A stretch of 64,000 nucleotides of DNA, taken from Mobula hypostoma. Lineage: Eukaryota. Location of the stretch: assembly GCF_963921235.1 (NCBI RefSeq), contig NC_086109.1, positions 9,178,001 to 9,242,000 of the forward strand, written 5' to 3'. Each line of letters begins with the position of its first letter. Position 1 is the first letter of the stretch. The position numbers were made by a program, and so were the translations under genes. The notes under the pieces are model-generated. The model was not told where the DNA came from. It searched no databases and saw only the letters and a list, made by a program, of their open reading frames with translations. Positions 13,281 to 25,409 of the stretch are shown here, one piece after another.

Positions 13281-13374
13281 ATGCCGCTGTAAATTTCTTC
13301 TTGTACTTGTGCAGATGACAATAAACTTGGCTTTGACCTTGACTTTTGCTCCACACTGGCAGTGCCGGTGGTTA

Positions 13375-13792
13375 AGCCTGATTTATACTTCTGCATCAAA
13401 TCTACGCCATAGGTACTGCGTACCCTACGCCGTAGGGTGACGTGCACCTCCCCCAAAGAAATAACTCACGTGTCGCGGCAAGGCAGACCGCAACAACTGT
13501 GATTGGTCCGCTTGGTAGCATCGCATTTCTGGTTGCTATTCTCTGCCATGTCTGTACACTGAGCCGAAATAAATGGTTGGAGACAATGAACCAAATCATC
13601 AAATCTACCTGCCAGCATCCGAAAATATTTGAAATGCATTTCCTCGTCCATGTCTCTCACAAAGAAACTCAACACAGTGGCACAGAAACCCCACCGACAA
13701 CTAGCGTTTTGGCGGTGAATTGCAGAGCGACGCAGACACAACTACGCATGCTCGCTACGGCGTAGCCCGTACGCAGAAGTATAAATCAGGCT
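13375..13792 (-). mobile_element. PIF/Harbinger non-autonomous element
   Basis: Perfect 20-bp TIR AGCCTGATTTATACTTCTGC; TTA TSD on both sides; internal remnant [20 protein letters not shown] resembles the Harbinger transposase N-terminus. Confidence 0.85.
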
Positions 13793-14369
13793 TTAGGCTT
13801 GAACCCTGGAGCTGTTGAGCTGAGCTACCCGCCTGTCCCAGAGTTCCCACTGTCGAGGGAAAGCTGGTAACGTGGCAGCACAGGGGCACAGTTAGCATGG
13901 CCGCCACCTCGTTGTCCCAGCGACTCAGGTCCAATTCCAACCCTCGGTGCACGCTGGCCCCCAGTGACCTCAGGTTTTCTCCCTCATACCAAAAACGTGC
14001 GCTGGTACGTTATTACTTCGCCCTTTGTGTGACGTGGGTTTTAGATCCTGGGGAGAGATGATGGAAGTAAAGTGGAATTAGTGTTGGATTGGTGTAACTG
14101 GGTACGGAAGGTGTGTTTCAGCCTCTTTGCCTGCTCTATGACTCAATGGCTCTATTTTGTACAATTCATGGAAGAATTGCTGGAAGTTTCCGTAATGACG
14201 TAAATTCAGACTCTTTTGTCCTAAATCTGAGAGGCATTGAATTGAGAGGCCACACTGATTCAAGTCTCGTCTTGATCTCGCCAGACAGAATGAATCGGAT
14301 ATCATTCCTGCTGTTGATGGCCCACACTGCTGTCGACTTTGACAAATAAATCAGCAAGTACTGGTTAAC

Positions 14370-14965
14370 GTAATTGTCCTGCAGCGCCAGGTGTATGACC
14401 GTGGTTCGATCCCTGACGCTGTCTGCAAGCAGTTTGTACCTTCTCCCCGTAACCGCGTGGGCTTGCCCCCTGGGCGCTCTGCTTTCCTCCCACATTCCAG
14501 AAGATGGTACGGTAAGGATTCATAAGTTGTGGGCCTGCTGTGTTGGTGCTGGAAGCATGGTGACTCTTGTGGGGTGCCTCCCAGTACATCCTCACAGATC
14601 TGATTTGACACAAACGACAGATTTCACTGTACGTTTCAATGCACATGTGACAAATAAAGCTAATCTTTACCAAACCTTCTAGATATCTACTTATCGACTG
14701 ATTGATTGAGGTACTGTGCGGAACAGGCCTCTCCAGCCCTTCGAGCTGTGCTGCCCGGCAATCTTCTAATTTAATCCTAGCCTAATTCCAGGACAATTTA
14801 CAACCCACCAACCAGTATGTGCTGAGACTGTGGGAAGGAACCCAGGGCACCCGGAGGAAACTCATGCAGTTGCGGGGAGACTTACAAGCTCCTTAAAACC
14901 AGCAGCAGGAAATGAACCTCAGTCGCCCAGTACCGTAAAGCGTTGTGCTACCCAGTACGCTAATG
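14370..14965. mobile_element. Two V-domain tRNA SINE copies, tail to tail (+ ~14370-14670; - ~14695-14965)
   Basis: GGTTCGATCCC B-box-like motif and AGTTTGTACCTTCTCCCCGT...TTTCCTCCCACA core; reverse-oriented copy follows. Confidence 0.6.
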
Positions 14966-15447
14966 TATTCCCTTTGTCCTATCCCTGTCTCCGAGACAAA
15001 ATGTTAGCTCTGCTTTTCCTTCCACAGATGCTGCCTGACCACCTGGGAATTTATAGGACTTTTGTGTCTCATTTCAGATCTCCTGTAGTTGTACCTTCTT
15101 TTTGCTTTGATTTTGGTTGGAGATGAAAGCAGACTCCAGACTCACCAACATGGTTACATTTTAGCTGTGCCCTCAGTTCGGAAGCAGTGGGCTACAAACA
15201 TTGATTTTGCCTCTGACACACACATGCTGTGAACGAGCCACACAGACTGAGAACGAGTTTCTCACTTCTCTCTGCACAGATATTGGGACGTTCCCAGTGC
15301 TCGCTGCTCTTATTTCAGATTTCTAGCATCCATAGCATTCTAGTTTCTCACAGAAACAACAGCAGCTGTAGAAGACACACCATCTATCAATAGGGAGCTG
15401 GAGAAACGCCTGATAAAACGAGGAACAGAATTGACTATAGAGTAAGG

Positions 15448-17359
15448 CAGTGGTCCCCAACCACTGGGCCACAAAACATGTGCTACCGGGCTGCGAGGAA
15501 ACGATGTGAGTCAACTGCACTTTTCCTCATTCCCTGTCACGCCCAGTGTTGAACTTGAACGCATGCGAGGTCATTACCCACGCGAGGTCATCAGTTGGTC
15601 ATTAACCTGCAACTACTCGATGAGTAAAAAACAAACGTCGCTTGAGAGTTTCTTTGGAAGAGGTGGTAGGGGACATAAAAGGCCTAACGATGATGATAAC
15701 GCAGACAGCTGAGGCCGAAACTGCCAAAAAAAAAGCTTCCTTCAACAGAAAATACGACGAGTCGTACATAAAATATGGCTTTATTGCGACTGGTGACTGG
15801 CACACTCCCAGCCCCCTGTGTGTGATATGTGGAGACAAGCTGTCCAATGAAGCCCTTGAGTCCAAGCACCCTGCACTTAAAGACAAACCCGTTGAGCTTT
15901 TTGAGCAGAAAAAACGTGAGCAAGCGGGACAGAAGGAAGTGCTGAGAGTCATCACCTCCACAAACGCTGCTGCTCTGAGAGCGTCGTACTTAGTGGCTAG
16001 CCGTATTGCTAAGGCTAAGAAGCCTTTCACTGTTGAAGAATTGATTCTGCCTGCTGCCAAGGACATGTGCCGTGAACTGTTGGGAGAAGCTGCAGCTAAC
16101 AAGATGGCACAGGTTTCTCTTTCAGCTACCACAGTTCCAAGGAGAATCGATGACATAGCGGAGGACATCGAAGCACAGTTGTTGGAACGGCTTAACAAGT
16201 CTGGTTTCGCTACCTGAGTCAGAGGTTGCTCCTGAATGCCAGTCTACACACAGGGAAATGCTGGCTAGCCAAAAAATGTCACCTGATCTTAAAAGCGTAT
16301 TGAGCGACGTTGTTGAAGTTATCAATCACATCAAAGCAAAAGCCCTGAACTCACGTCTGTTTGAGCAGCTTTGTGAGGAAATGGATGCAGAGCACAAATG
16401 CCTTCTCTTACACACTGAGGTCAGGTGGCTATCAAGGGGGAAAGCCCTGGCCAGGGTTTTTGAGTTAAGAGAGCAGCTACAGAGATTTCTTTCAAGAAAA
16501 AAGTCACCACTGGCAGCACACTTCAGTGATGAGGAGTGGATAGCAAAACTCACTTATCTGTGTGACATCTTCAACCTGCTCAATGAATTCAATTTGTCAC
16601 TTCAGGGGAGAATGACAACTGTCTTCAAGTTGGCAGATAAAGTGTCTGCTTTCACAGTCAAACTGGAACTGTGGGAACGGCGAGTGGACAGGGGGCATAT
16701 TTGACATGTTCCCAACATTAGCTGGGATTTTGCGACAGACTAAGGCTCACAGCTGGTGCGCGATCACCTATCTTCGCTGTCGACAGAATTCGAGTGTTAC
16801 TTCTCAACCGCAAATGACCCAAGACGTGCAAAGGAATGGGTCCGTGACCCATTTGTGAATGTCCCCAGTGAATCATCCATGTCAGCACGGGAAGAAGATC
16901 AACTCCTCGAGCCTGCAAATGACGGTGGGCTGAAAAGTATGTCTAACATAACATCTCTGCCGGCATTCTGGATCAAAGATAAGGCTGAATATCCTGAGAT
17001 AGCCACGAAAGCACTGACAACGTTGCTTCCATTTCCAACATCATATCTCTGCGAAGCGGAGTTTTCTGCAATGAATGCAATGAAAACTAAATTGCGGAAT
17101 AGACTGGACATAAGGAACCCCCTTATGACTTATAATTGACTTATCACGATATTCATGTGAGGAAAGTATGCTCTGTGTTAAATACTAAATTTATTAGATA
17201 AACACTCTTAGAAAGGAAATTGAGTGTATTAGCCACTGATAAGTGACTTATCACCTATATTCCGTTCGTGATTAATACCCAACCTCCCAGGGGGCTGGTC
17301 CACAAGAATATTGTCAATATTAAACCAATCCCTGGTGCAAAAAATGTTGGGGACCCCTG
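15448..17359 (+). mobile_element. hAT Charlie/Buster-family transposon, internally deleted and frameshifted
   Basis: TIRs CAGTGGTCCCCAACC / TGTTGGGGACCCCTG; perfect 8-bp TSD GAGTAAGG with central TA; ORFs 15642-16217 (RKYDESYIKYGF, PLCVICG), 16258-16704 (HTEVRWLSRG), 16756-17139 (LLPFPTSYLCEAEFS). Confidence 0.95.
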
Positions 17360-17514
17360 GAGTAAGGAGTTCGTTAATGTGATTCAATATATTGTATCTG
17401 GTTTTATTCCGTTTTCTTTTGTTTTATAATATGTATTCTTTTGGACTCTGTATTCTTCTATATAGAAATCAATAAAAATACTGAAAAAGAAAAAAAAAGA
17501 ATTGTCTGAGCAAA

Positions 17515-17724
17515 CAACAGGAATTCTGCAGATGCTGGAAACTCACGCAACACACATCAAAGTTGCTGGTGAACGCAGCAGGCCAGGCAGCACCTCTAGG
17601 AAGAGGTACAGTCGACGTTTCAGGCCGAGACCCTTCATCCTGACGAAGGGTCTCAGCCTGAAACGTCGACTGTACCTCTTCCTAGAGATGCTGCCTGGCC
17701 TGCTGCGTTCACCAGCAACTTTGA
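17515..17724 (-). mobile_element. Penelope-like terminal-repeat fold-back insertion
   Basis: Inverted arms 17557-17639 and 17642-17724; perfect 16-bp TSD GAATTGTCTGAGCAAA at 17499-17514 and 17723-17738. Confidence 0.85.
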
Positions 17725-18029
17725 ATTGTCTGAGCAAAGCGCCTCCTCCCCTGGTTACGACAGGTTTCTGATCCTATGACCTGTTTGTAACCTGAATAGT
17801 CTGCAGAATGGAAAATTATTTGGAAATAGAGTTCCCAGACAGCAGAAGATACCTGCAAGGCCTGCAGAGCCAGCAGTCCACCCCACCAGTCTCGCACGTG
17901 CTTGTTCGCATGTACGGGGTGGACGCAAGTCAGGTGCAGGTAAGCTGGGGAGGACGTGTGGAGTGGAAAAGGGACTAGGCAGGTAGTTTTATCAATGGGT
18001 TGTCTATGCTCATACACTGATGGTCATTA

Positions 18030-18595
18030 AAAAAGTACAACACCGAAACAGGTCCTTCGGTCCATCTAGTACATGCCTAGTCCCATCGATCTGCACCGGG
18101 ACCATTGCCCTCCAAACCCTACAGTCCATGAATCTATCCAAACTTATCTTAAATGTTGAAATCAAAATCACTCTCACCACCCTCTGAGTGAATAAGTTTC
18201 CCCTCATGTTCTCTGTAAACCTTTCACCCTTCACCCATGACCTCTAGTTATAATCTCACTCAACCTCAGTGGAAAAAGCCTGCTCGCGTTTATCCTATCT
18301 GTATGCCTCATAAATCTGTATACCTCTATCAAATCTCCTCTCAATCTTCTACGCTTGAAGTAATAAAGTCCTAGCCTATTCTATCTTTCCTTATAACTCA
18401 GGTCCTCCAGACCCGGCAACATCCTTGTAAATTTTCTCTGTACACTTTCCTGTAGATAGTTGACCAAACTGGACACAATATTCCAAAGGAGGCCTCACCA
18501 ATGTCTTGTACAACTTCAACATAACATTCCATCTCCTGTACTCAATACTTTGATTTATGAAGGTCAATGTGCCAAAAGCTTTCTTTACAACCCTT
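18030..18595 (-). mobile_element. CR1 LINE 3' fragment
   Basis: ORF 18010-18234(-) MKGERFTENMRGNLFTQRVV; DNA similar to the CR1 at 45433-46060. Confidence 0.8.
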
Positions 18596-18809
18596 TAAAA
18601 CCCTCATAAAACACGCTTTATTTGTGAAAATTAAAATAACTTCAGAGGCAGAAATGTTAAGTAAGAGACTTAAGGACAGTTTTCCCCACTTTGTTTGTTC
18701 TTTTCTGATTATTTGTAACAGACGGATAACAACACTTAAATACATTTAGACAACTAGAACATTCGAAACACATTTAGACAGGTACATAGATAGGAACAGT
18801 TTGACAGAA

Positions 18810-19612
18810 CAGATCCCTGAGGCACACCACTGGTCACTGACCCCCATGCAGAATATGACCCGTCTACCTTTGCCTTCTGTGTGCAAATCAATTCTAGATC
18901 CACAAAGCAAGGTCCCCTTGGATCCCATGCCTCCTTACTTTCTCAATAAGCCTTGCATGGGGTACCTTATCAAATGCCTTGCTAAAATCCATATACACTA
19001 CATCTACTGCTCTACCTTCATCAATGTGTTTAGTCATATCCTCAAAAAATTCAATCAGGCTCATAAGGCACGACCTGCCTTTGACAAAACCATGCTGCCT
19101 ACTCCTAATCATATTATGCCTCTCCAACTGTTCATAAATCTTGCTCCTCAAGATCTTCTCCATCAACTTACCAACCACTGAAGTGAGACTCACAGATCTA
19201 TAATTTCCTGGGCTATCTCTACTCCCTTTCTTGAATAAGAGAATGACATCTGCAACCCTCCAATTCTCCGGAACCTCTCCCGTCCCCATTGATGATGCAA
19301 AGTTCATTGCCAGAGGCTCAGCAATCTCCTCCCTCGCCTCCCACAGTAGCCTGGGGTACATCTCATCTGGTCCCAGAGACTTATCCAACTTGATGCTTTC
19401 CATAAGCTCCAGCACTTCCTCTTACTTAATGTCTACATGCTCAAGCTTTTCAATTTGCTGTTAGTCATCCTTACAATTGCCAAGATCCTTTTCCGTAGTG
19501 AATACTGAAGCAAAGTATTCATTAATTATCTCTGCTATCTCCTCTGGTTCCATACACACTTTTCCACTATCACACTTGATTGGTCCTATTCTCTCACGTC
19601 TTGTGCTCTTGA
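18810..19612 (-). mobile_element. CR1 LINE internal RT fragment
   Basis: ORF 18894-19415: KSLGPDEMYPRLL, LFKKGSRDSPGNYRSVSLTS, QHGFVKGRSC, VYMDFSKAFDKVPH. Confidence 0.9.
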
Positions 19613-19614
19613 AG

Positions 19615-20045
19615 ATAGGGGGAGGGAAAGGAGTGCGAGCTGGCAGGTGACAGGTGAGACCAGGTGAGTGGGAAGGTGTGTGGGCAAGGTCAGGAGAATG
19701 AAGTAAGAAGCTGGGAGGTGATACGTGAAAGAGGTAAAGGGCTGAAGGAGGAGGAATCTGGTAGGAGAGGACTGTGGACAATGGGAGAATGGAGAACAGG
19801 CGGGCACCAGAAGGAGGTGATGGGTAGGTGAGGAGAAGAGAAGGGGGAAAGAGGGGATCCAGAATGGATAATTGAAAGAGAGAAGGGGGAAGTGGTGGTG
19901 GGAGGTGGGAAAGGGAGAAAACATTACCAGAAGTTACAGAAATCGATGTTCAAAACAAGACCATGTGTTGATAGGTTTCAGCAGATGCTGCCTGACTCAC
20001 CGAGTTCTTCCAGCACTTGAGTTGTTGTTTCAGATCCCAGCATTG
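19615..20045 (-). mobile_element. Old Penelope-like 3' region plus a short inverted terminal piece (~19983-20045)
   Basis: Purine-rich tract ending in GAAATCGATGTTCA (minus strand NIDF, the GIY-YIG end) as at 25816-25850. Confidence 0.6.
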
Positions 20046-21534
20046 GAAATTCTATTTATTTCTCCACAGTACTGCAGGGTAGTTAGGCAGCACAGCGAGG
20101 GTTTCTTTTCAGCCCATAGTGTATGCAAGCCCTCAGCGTCACAAAGGGATTTACTAAGGGAAAAACAGCATAACGTTTACAAGAGTATATAGAGGGAGGA
20201 TTGGCGAAGGAATGCTCAAGGGTTGCTGATTATATTGCATGGCTGAAATTATGCCACAGAAGAGTTGTGTCATATTTATCTGATTCAGGGCTTTGTAGGT
20301 ACTTTCCTGTGTGCACATGAAAAGCAGGAATGTACGTGACTATTTTTATTCAGATTATTTTAGCAGTGTGTTGAGTTGTTAATAATACACAAAACACAGT
20401 GTCAAACCAGTTTTCCATCCCAAAGGCAGTATGATGGGCCTCTCAGGAAGTTGGAATTATTCCAGGGAAAGTACATGAAAGGAGGGATGAAACCAAATCT
20501 TTCTTTTGGCAATTGTTTGATGTGAAATGATTTTACAACACTCTTGTTTTATTTAACATCCAAGTAACCATTGCAAGTCTATTGGCCTGGATGGCAGGGT
20601 CAAGTCCGAACATGCCCACTGGCAGCCAGGGTGCAGGGGATTGGATGATTCACCTGTCAATCAAGCCTACTGCCCACACAGGTAAAACCAAGAGATTGAT
20701 TTTATGCACGCTATTTGTACGAGGGATTTCTCTATGCATTATGCTTTTCTGCTGTTGATGACAGAAGCTGCTGTAGTTCTGTTTTTTTTTTGTTGAGTTG
20801 GATGCTTGCTCTACGAAGGATTCTTTACACTGTCATACTCAGCTTTCCCAAGGTAGGGAGTCTGAAGCTAGAGGATATAGGATGAAGGCAAGGGAAGGGG
20901 AGATTTAAAGGGAACTTGAGGAGCAAGATTTTCCACACTGAGGACAGTGGGCTCCAGGATTTAGATCCAGTGGCGAGGAGGGACCACTGGTGTAATTCCA
21001 GACCGGGAGGGTGGTGATTTTTGAGAGGAGCCTGCAAGTGGCGGCAATCCACCCCCCCCCCCCGCCCCACACAGGCTTTTTATGGCTTCCAGCTGAGGAA
21101 GATCTGATCGGCCACTGAGACCAAGATTGTTTATTCAAGACTTTGGTGATCTGGGCCAAGATCAGCACTGAAGCGGTAAGCTCCCAGTAAGACGCTCCCT
21201 CTTTGAGTTCAGATAGGGATCTCAAGCAGAAAGAAAGAATCGGATGTTCATTTTATCTCTCATCAGCGTTACATATACATGGACAACTTAAATCATCCAT
21301 ACTACTACCAGCCTCCAGTCTCGAGATAATGTGCTCATTGATCGGTGTATCCTGTTCCAGGACACGTCCTCTGGAGCAGTTCTTGGTCCCTGGACACTGT
21401 GATTCTCTCTGTTTGCCATATGCACCCTCTGCTCCTGCCCATGTCAGTGCACTCTGCTTTACCCAATGTTTCTTTAGCAGAAGAAACTGATATATTAAAA
21501 AAAAACCCAGCAAAACAGATTTCTTTATGGTTGT

Positions 21535-22075
21535 CATAGCTGGGGGTATTAGTGGAGCAGGCTCCAACTACCTACTAAATTCTTCCAGTGGCATGCGCCT
21601 CAAATAACCTCTGATAACCAAGTCCAGCTCCTGGCCTTCACCTGTGGCTTAGCTACTAAGCCCGGCGGAACTGTTTCTACTGACAGGAGAAGGGACAATG
21701 GCGGGCTACAGCCACTTTAAAACCTGCCGCTTCGGCAAATGGGGCTCGTCAGTCATTGTTGGCAGCTCATGAAGGAAATCTCTGATCTCAAACCTCTGCT
21801 GCCTTGCAGCGATACCCACTCATGGGGAAAGGCTTTGGGAGTAAACCCCGTGGAGAAATCCAGAGCGGAGTCCCCCTACATTGAGTTCAACGCTGACTGG
21901 CAACTCCTGCACTGCCCCAGTGCCGATCTGTATCGGTCCCTGCTGCTTCTCTAGATTCAGCAGGTACACCGAGTGGGGGAGCCTGCAGGGGCAACAGCTG
22001 GCTCTGCATTTTGTACTCTCCTGGCTTGCATATCATGTAGACCACTGGGATGTAACGTCCATGGTAATCCCCAAC
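21535..22075 (+). mobile_element. RTE-like 5' region or derived non-autonomous element
   Basis: Recognised from general resemblance to RTE 5' UTRs (GAAGGAAATCTCTGATCTCAAACC; GTAAACCCC...AAATCCAGAGCGGAGTCCC); no TSD found. Confidence 0.45.
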
Positions 22076-22998
22076 CAACTCTAGGAAATGGACTTTGTGT
22101 CCAGGTCGGTCAAGTACCTAAAATGCATACTAGTGCTCTGCACACACGCAGTTGGCAGCAAGGAAGCTGTTGGCACTTCCGGTCGAACCCCACTGCAAAC
22201 ATGACTTCTGTGCTCTGGATCTATGTAGACAAGTTCTTGCATGGACATCCTCCAACTCTCAGGAAGCTCGATGGCAACTAGGACAGTGCACCCTGCAGAG
22301 CTGGCACTCCATCTCCATGCTAAACACCAGCGCACAATGGTTATAGTGCAAACAGTCTCCGAAATCCACTGTGCTTACCTGCCCAGGCTGCCCAGACAAC
22401 ACTTACCAAACCCATGACAACCAGCATAAGAAGGTGGTTAGCATTCCCTTACACATCACCATGACGTGAAACTTTTCCCTTCATCGCTGGATCTAAATCT
22501 GAGAATACCTTCCCTCAAGGTTCTACAGCCTGTCCTTGTAACACACCCAACCCTCCGCTATCAGATTTCAGAATGGTCCATCAACTCACGAACACCTCAC
22601 TCTTCCCCTTTTACCAGTTTTTAAAAAAATTATAACTTACATTAATTTTTATATATGTTACTGCACTCCTGCCACAAAACAACAAATTTCACAACACGTC
22701 TGTGATAATAAACCTGATTCCAAGTCTTTGAAGAAGAGGCTCACGTCCAACTTGAGGGATACTAGAGACAAGCAATAAAGGGTGTCATTGTCCATGATGC
22801 TCATGTCCAGGAAATGGACAAATTCACAGACTACACTTACAATGGAAGGTTATGGAAATATCAGCCCATTCATCATAAATTTTGTTGGAATTTGTCAGTT
22901 CAAGCCAGGGAATAGCAACAATTACCCTTTAGTAAAACCTTTGGCTGGACTGAAAAGATATTTCCTTTGAGTTTAGATGATTCCAATATCCTCGTGAG

Positions 22999-24037
22999 CA
23001 ATGTTCCCTCTAATTTTTAGTAGTCAGTGTGCGCAAAAATCTTATGTTGTGCAATTTTGTTTCCTGTGACAGAAGTATGTGCGCACTGAATGCACACATG
23101 GGACAGTTTATGTAGGTTTACAAAATACTTGACATAAAACTGCACAGAATAACAATAAAATAACATACATATTTAAGTAACTCAGTTATTTTTTCTCTCT
23201 CCTGTCTTTGGCATTTACCCATTCTTTGTAAACTCTACCTAGACTAATAAAACTTCCATCCATTTGAGAGCTTTTGATTCTCATTAACATATCCAAATGA
23301 CATTCACCTAAACGGTTTCTCCACTTGTTTTTGAGTTGATTCATTGGGCTAAAACCTCGCTCACAGTCCGCACTAGACGCAAGAAAGGTTCCTCCAATGT
23401 CCATCAACTGTGCAAGGTCGCAAAACTGTTCATTTTGAAGTACAAATGCCACCATTTGAGCAAAGTTTGAAATCAGTTTGGATTTAATTTTTTCTTGCAC
23501 GGAAAATTGGAAGTCATTAAACTGTCTAACTATTACAGTATTTTCAGCTAGAAAATCATGATATTTTAGACATAAGGCATTAACTTCTTCATTGCCAAAT
23601 GTGAAGTCACAATCTGCACTTGTGGAGAAATCAAAAGCTGACCATTCTTGCCCCTCATCTTCAGGAAACCTTTCTTCCAAATGAACACAAAGACTGTTTA
23701 TAAAAGTCAACAGCGAACTTGTATCTACTGTGATGTTTTCTTCACGTTGTTGGCTTAGCAAAACTTTAACTTTGTCACTCCAGGAAACATTGTCTCCCAG
23801 ATCCCGGAACAGGAAAGGTGAGGTGACGTAAATTAGTGACATGCATTGTGGTATTTGAAAAGCCGACTAACTAGTCAACAGAAACATTTCGATAAAAGAT
23901 TATTTTCAATAAGTATAATTATTAATGACTACATTATTTTAGGTAACTAACCTTTTGTGCACACATTAATTTACTTTGTGCGCTGGTTGAAAAACGTGTG
24001 TGCGTGGGCACACACACACAGCTTAGAGGGAACATAG
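22999..24037 (-). mobile_element. Internally deleted hAT transposon (Tip100/ZNF862-like C-terminal dimerisation domain)
   Basis: TIRs CAATGTTCCCTCTAA / TTAGAGGGAACATAG; perfect 8-bp TSD CTCGTGAG; ORF 23186-23842 with SSADCERGFSPMNQLKNKWRNRL. Confidence 0.92.
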
Positions 24038-25409
24038 CTCGTGAGAGAGCGCCTGTCTGAGATATTGAAGCATTGGGATGGTCGGTAGTTTTCTGATCAT
24101 GATTGCTTGCATGGTGGGCAGTGGGAGTTGATGTTTTTGTTGGAGCAAGTGGGGGTGCAGGGTTGATGTTTTTGCAGCCGTTTGTGCGGGGAGGGGGCGG
24201 GGTTCTAATTAACTCATTAGATTTTTACTTCATGGATGTCTGTGGAGAGTAAGAATTTCAGGTTGTATGATGTATACATTCTCTGATATTAAATTGAACC
24301 ATTGAATCCAGTTTGATCTATACACTGGTATTCTTGATTGATATATGCTTGATTTATGCATTTTTGCTCCAGCCACATTCACCCTTTGGGGCTTCGCCTC
24401 TTGTTTTCCGTTTGCAAAAACGAATAATGTACCATTTTCATCTCCTGGAATCTGTTTCACTACAATTCTCACTGTGCATTTGATCCTACCTTTTCAGTTT
24501 ACAAAATTCTGTTGGGGAAAATGTTTCCAGGGGTGGTACAGTAGCGTAGCAGTTAGTGCAACGCTTTGCAGTAATCGTGATCGCCAATCAGGGTTCAATT
24601 CCTGTCGCAAACACGAGAAAAAATCTGCACCTCCAAAGCAACACACACAAAATGCTGGAGGAACTCCGCAGGCCAGGCAGCATCTCTGGGAAAGAGTAAA
24701 CAGTCGATGTTTCGGGCCCTGCAAGGAGTTTGTACATTCTCCCCGTGACCATGTGGTGGACAGAGCCATCTCATTTCGCTATCAGGCTAACACTTTGAGA
24801 AGGGTATATTCAGTTGTTCTCACTCCACTGCTCTCGTCCCAGACTTAGAATGATTTTTGATTGTATAACAAATCCCTGTGTCCTTTCAGAAAAAGCATCT
24901 CAGAGCACAAGAAAATGTGCAAAATAAGAAAACCTCCTCATTTCCCCTCTGCACCTTGTCAATCAGTTTACACCTGTGGCTTCTGGTTATTAAGCCTTCT
25001 GCCAGGGGGAACAAGTTACCCCCACTTACACTTTAACCCGCTTCTGTATCGTTGAGACAGAAAGATAAGAAATTAGCCTCATCTGTCACACGTACATTGA
25101 AACATGGAGTGAAATGCATCATTTTGCTTCAACAAGCAACAGACTGTGTTGGGGGAAGCCCGCAGGCCTTGCCATGCTTCTGACGGCAACGTAGCACGTC
25201 CACAATTTACCAACCCAAACTCATACACCTTTTGAGCGTGGGAGGAAACTGTAGCATCTGGAACAAGCTCACGTGGTCATGGGGAGAGCATACAAAGTGC
25301 TTACAGACAGGGGCGGAAATTGAACGCGGATTTCTGACGCTGTAAAGGGTCGTGCTAATCAAGATGTTACTGTGCCACACCCTTCTGCCTTTTAGCAAAT
25401 ACACTGTTG

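Noticed and set aside
12915..13281. Mirror-image ORFs (MLVNAAGQAA...) recurring at 17502, 30932 and 49243
   Set aside because: By-products of the palindromic Penelope-like terminal repeat; no evidence of a peptide family.
15642..17139. ZBED5/SCAND3-like host gene
   Set aside because: Bounded by TIRs and a TSD, and broken by deletions and frameshifts.
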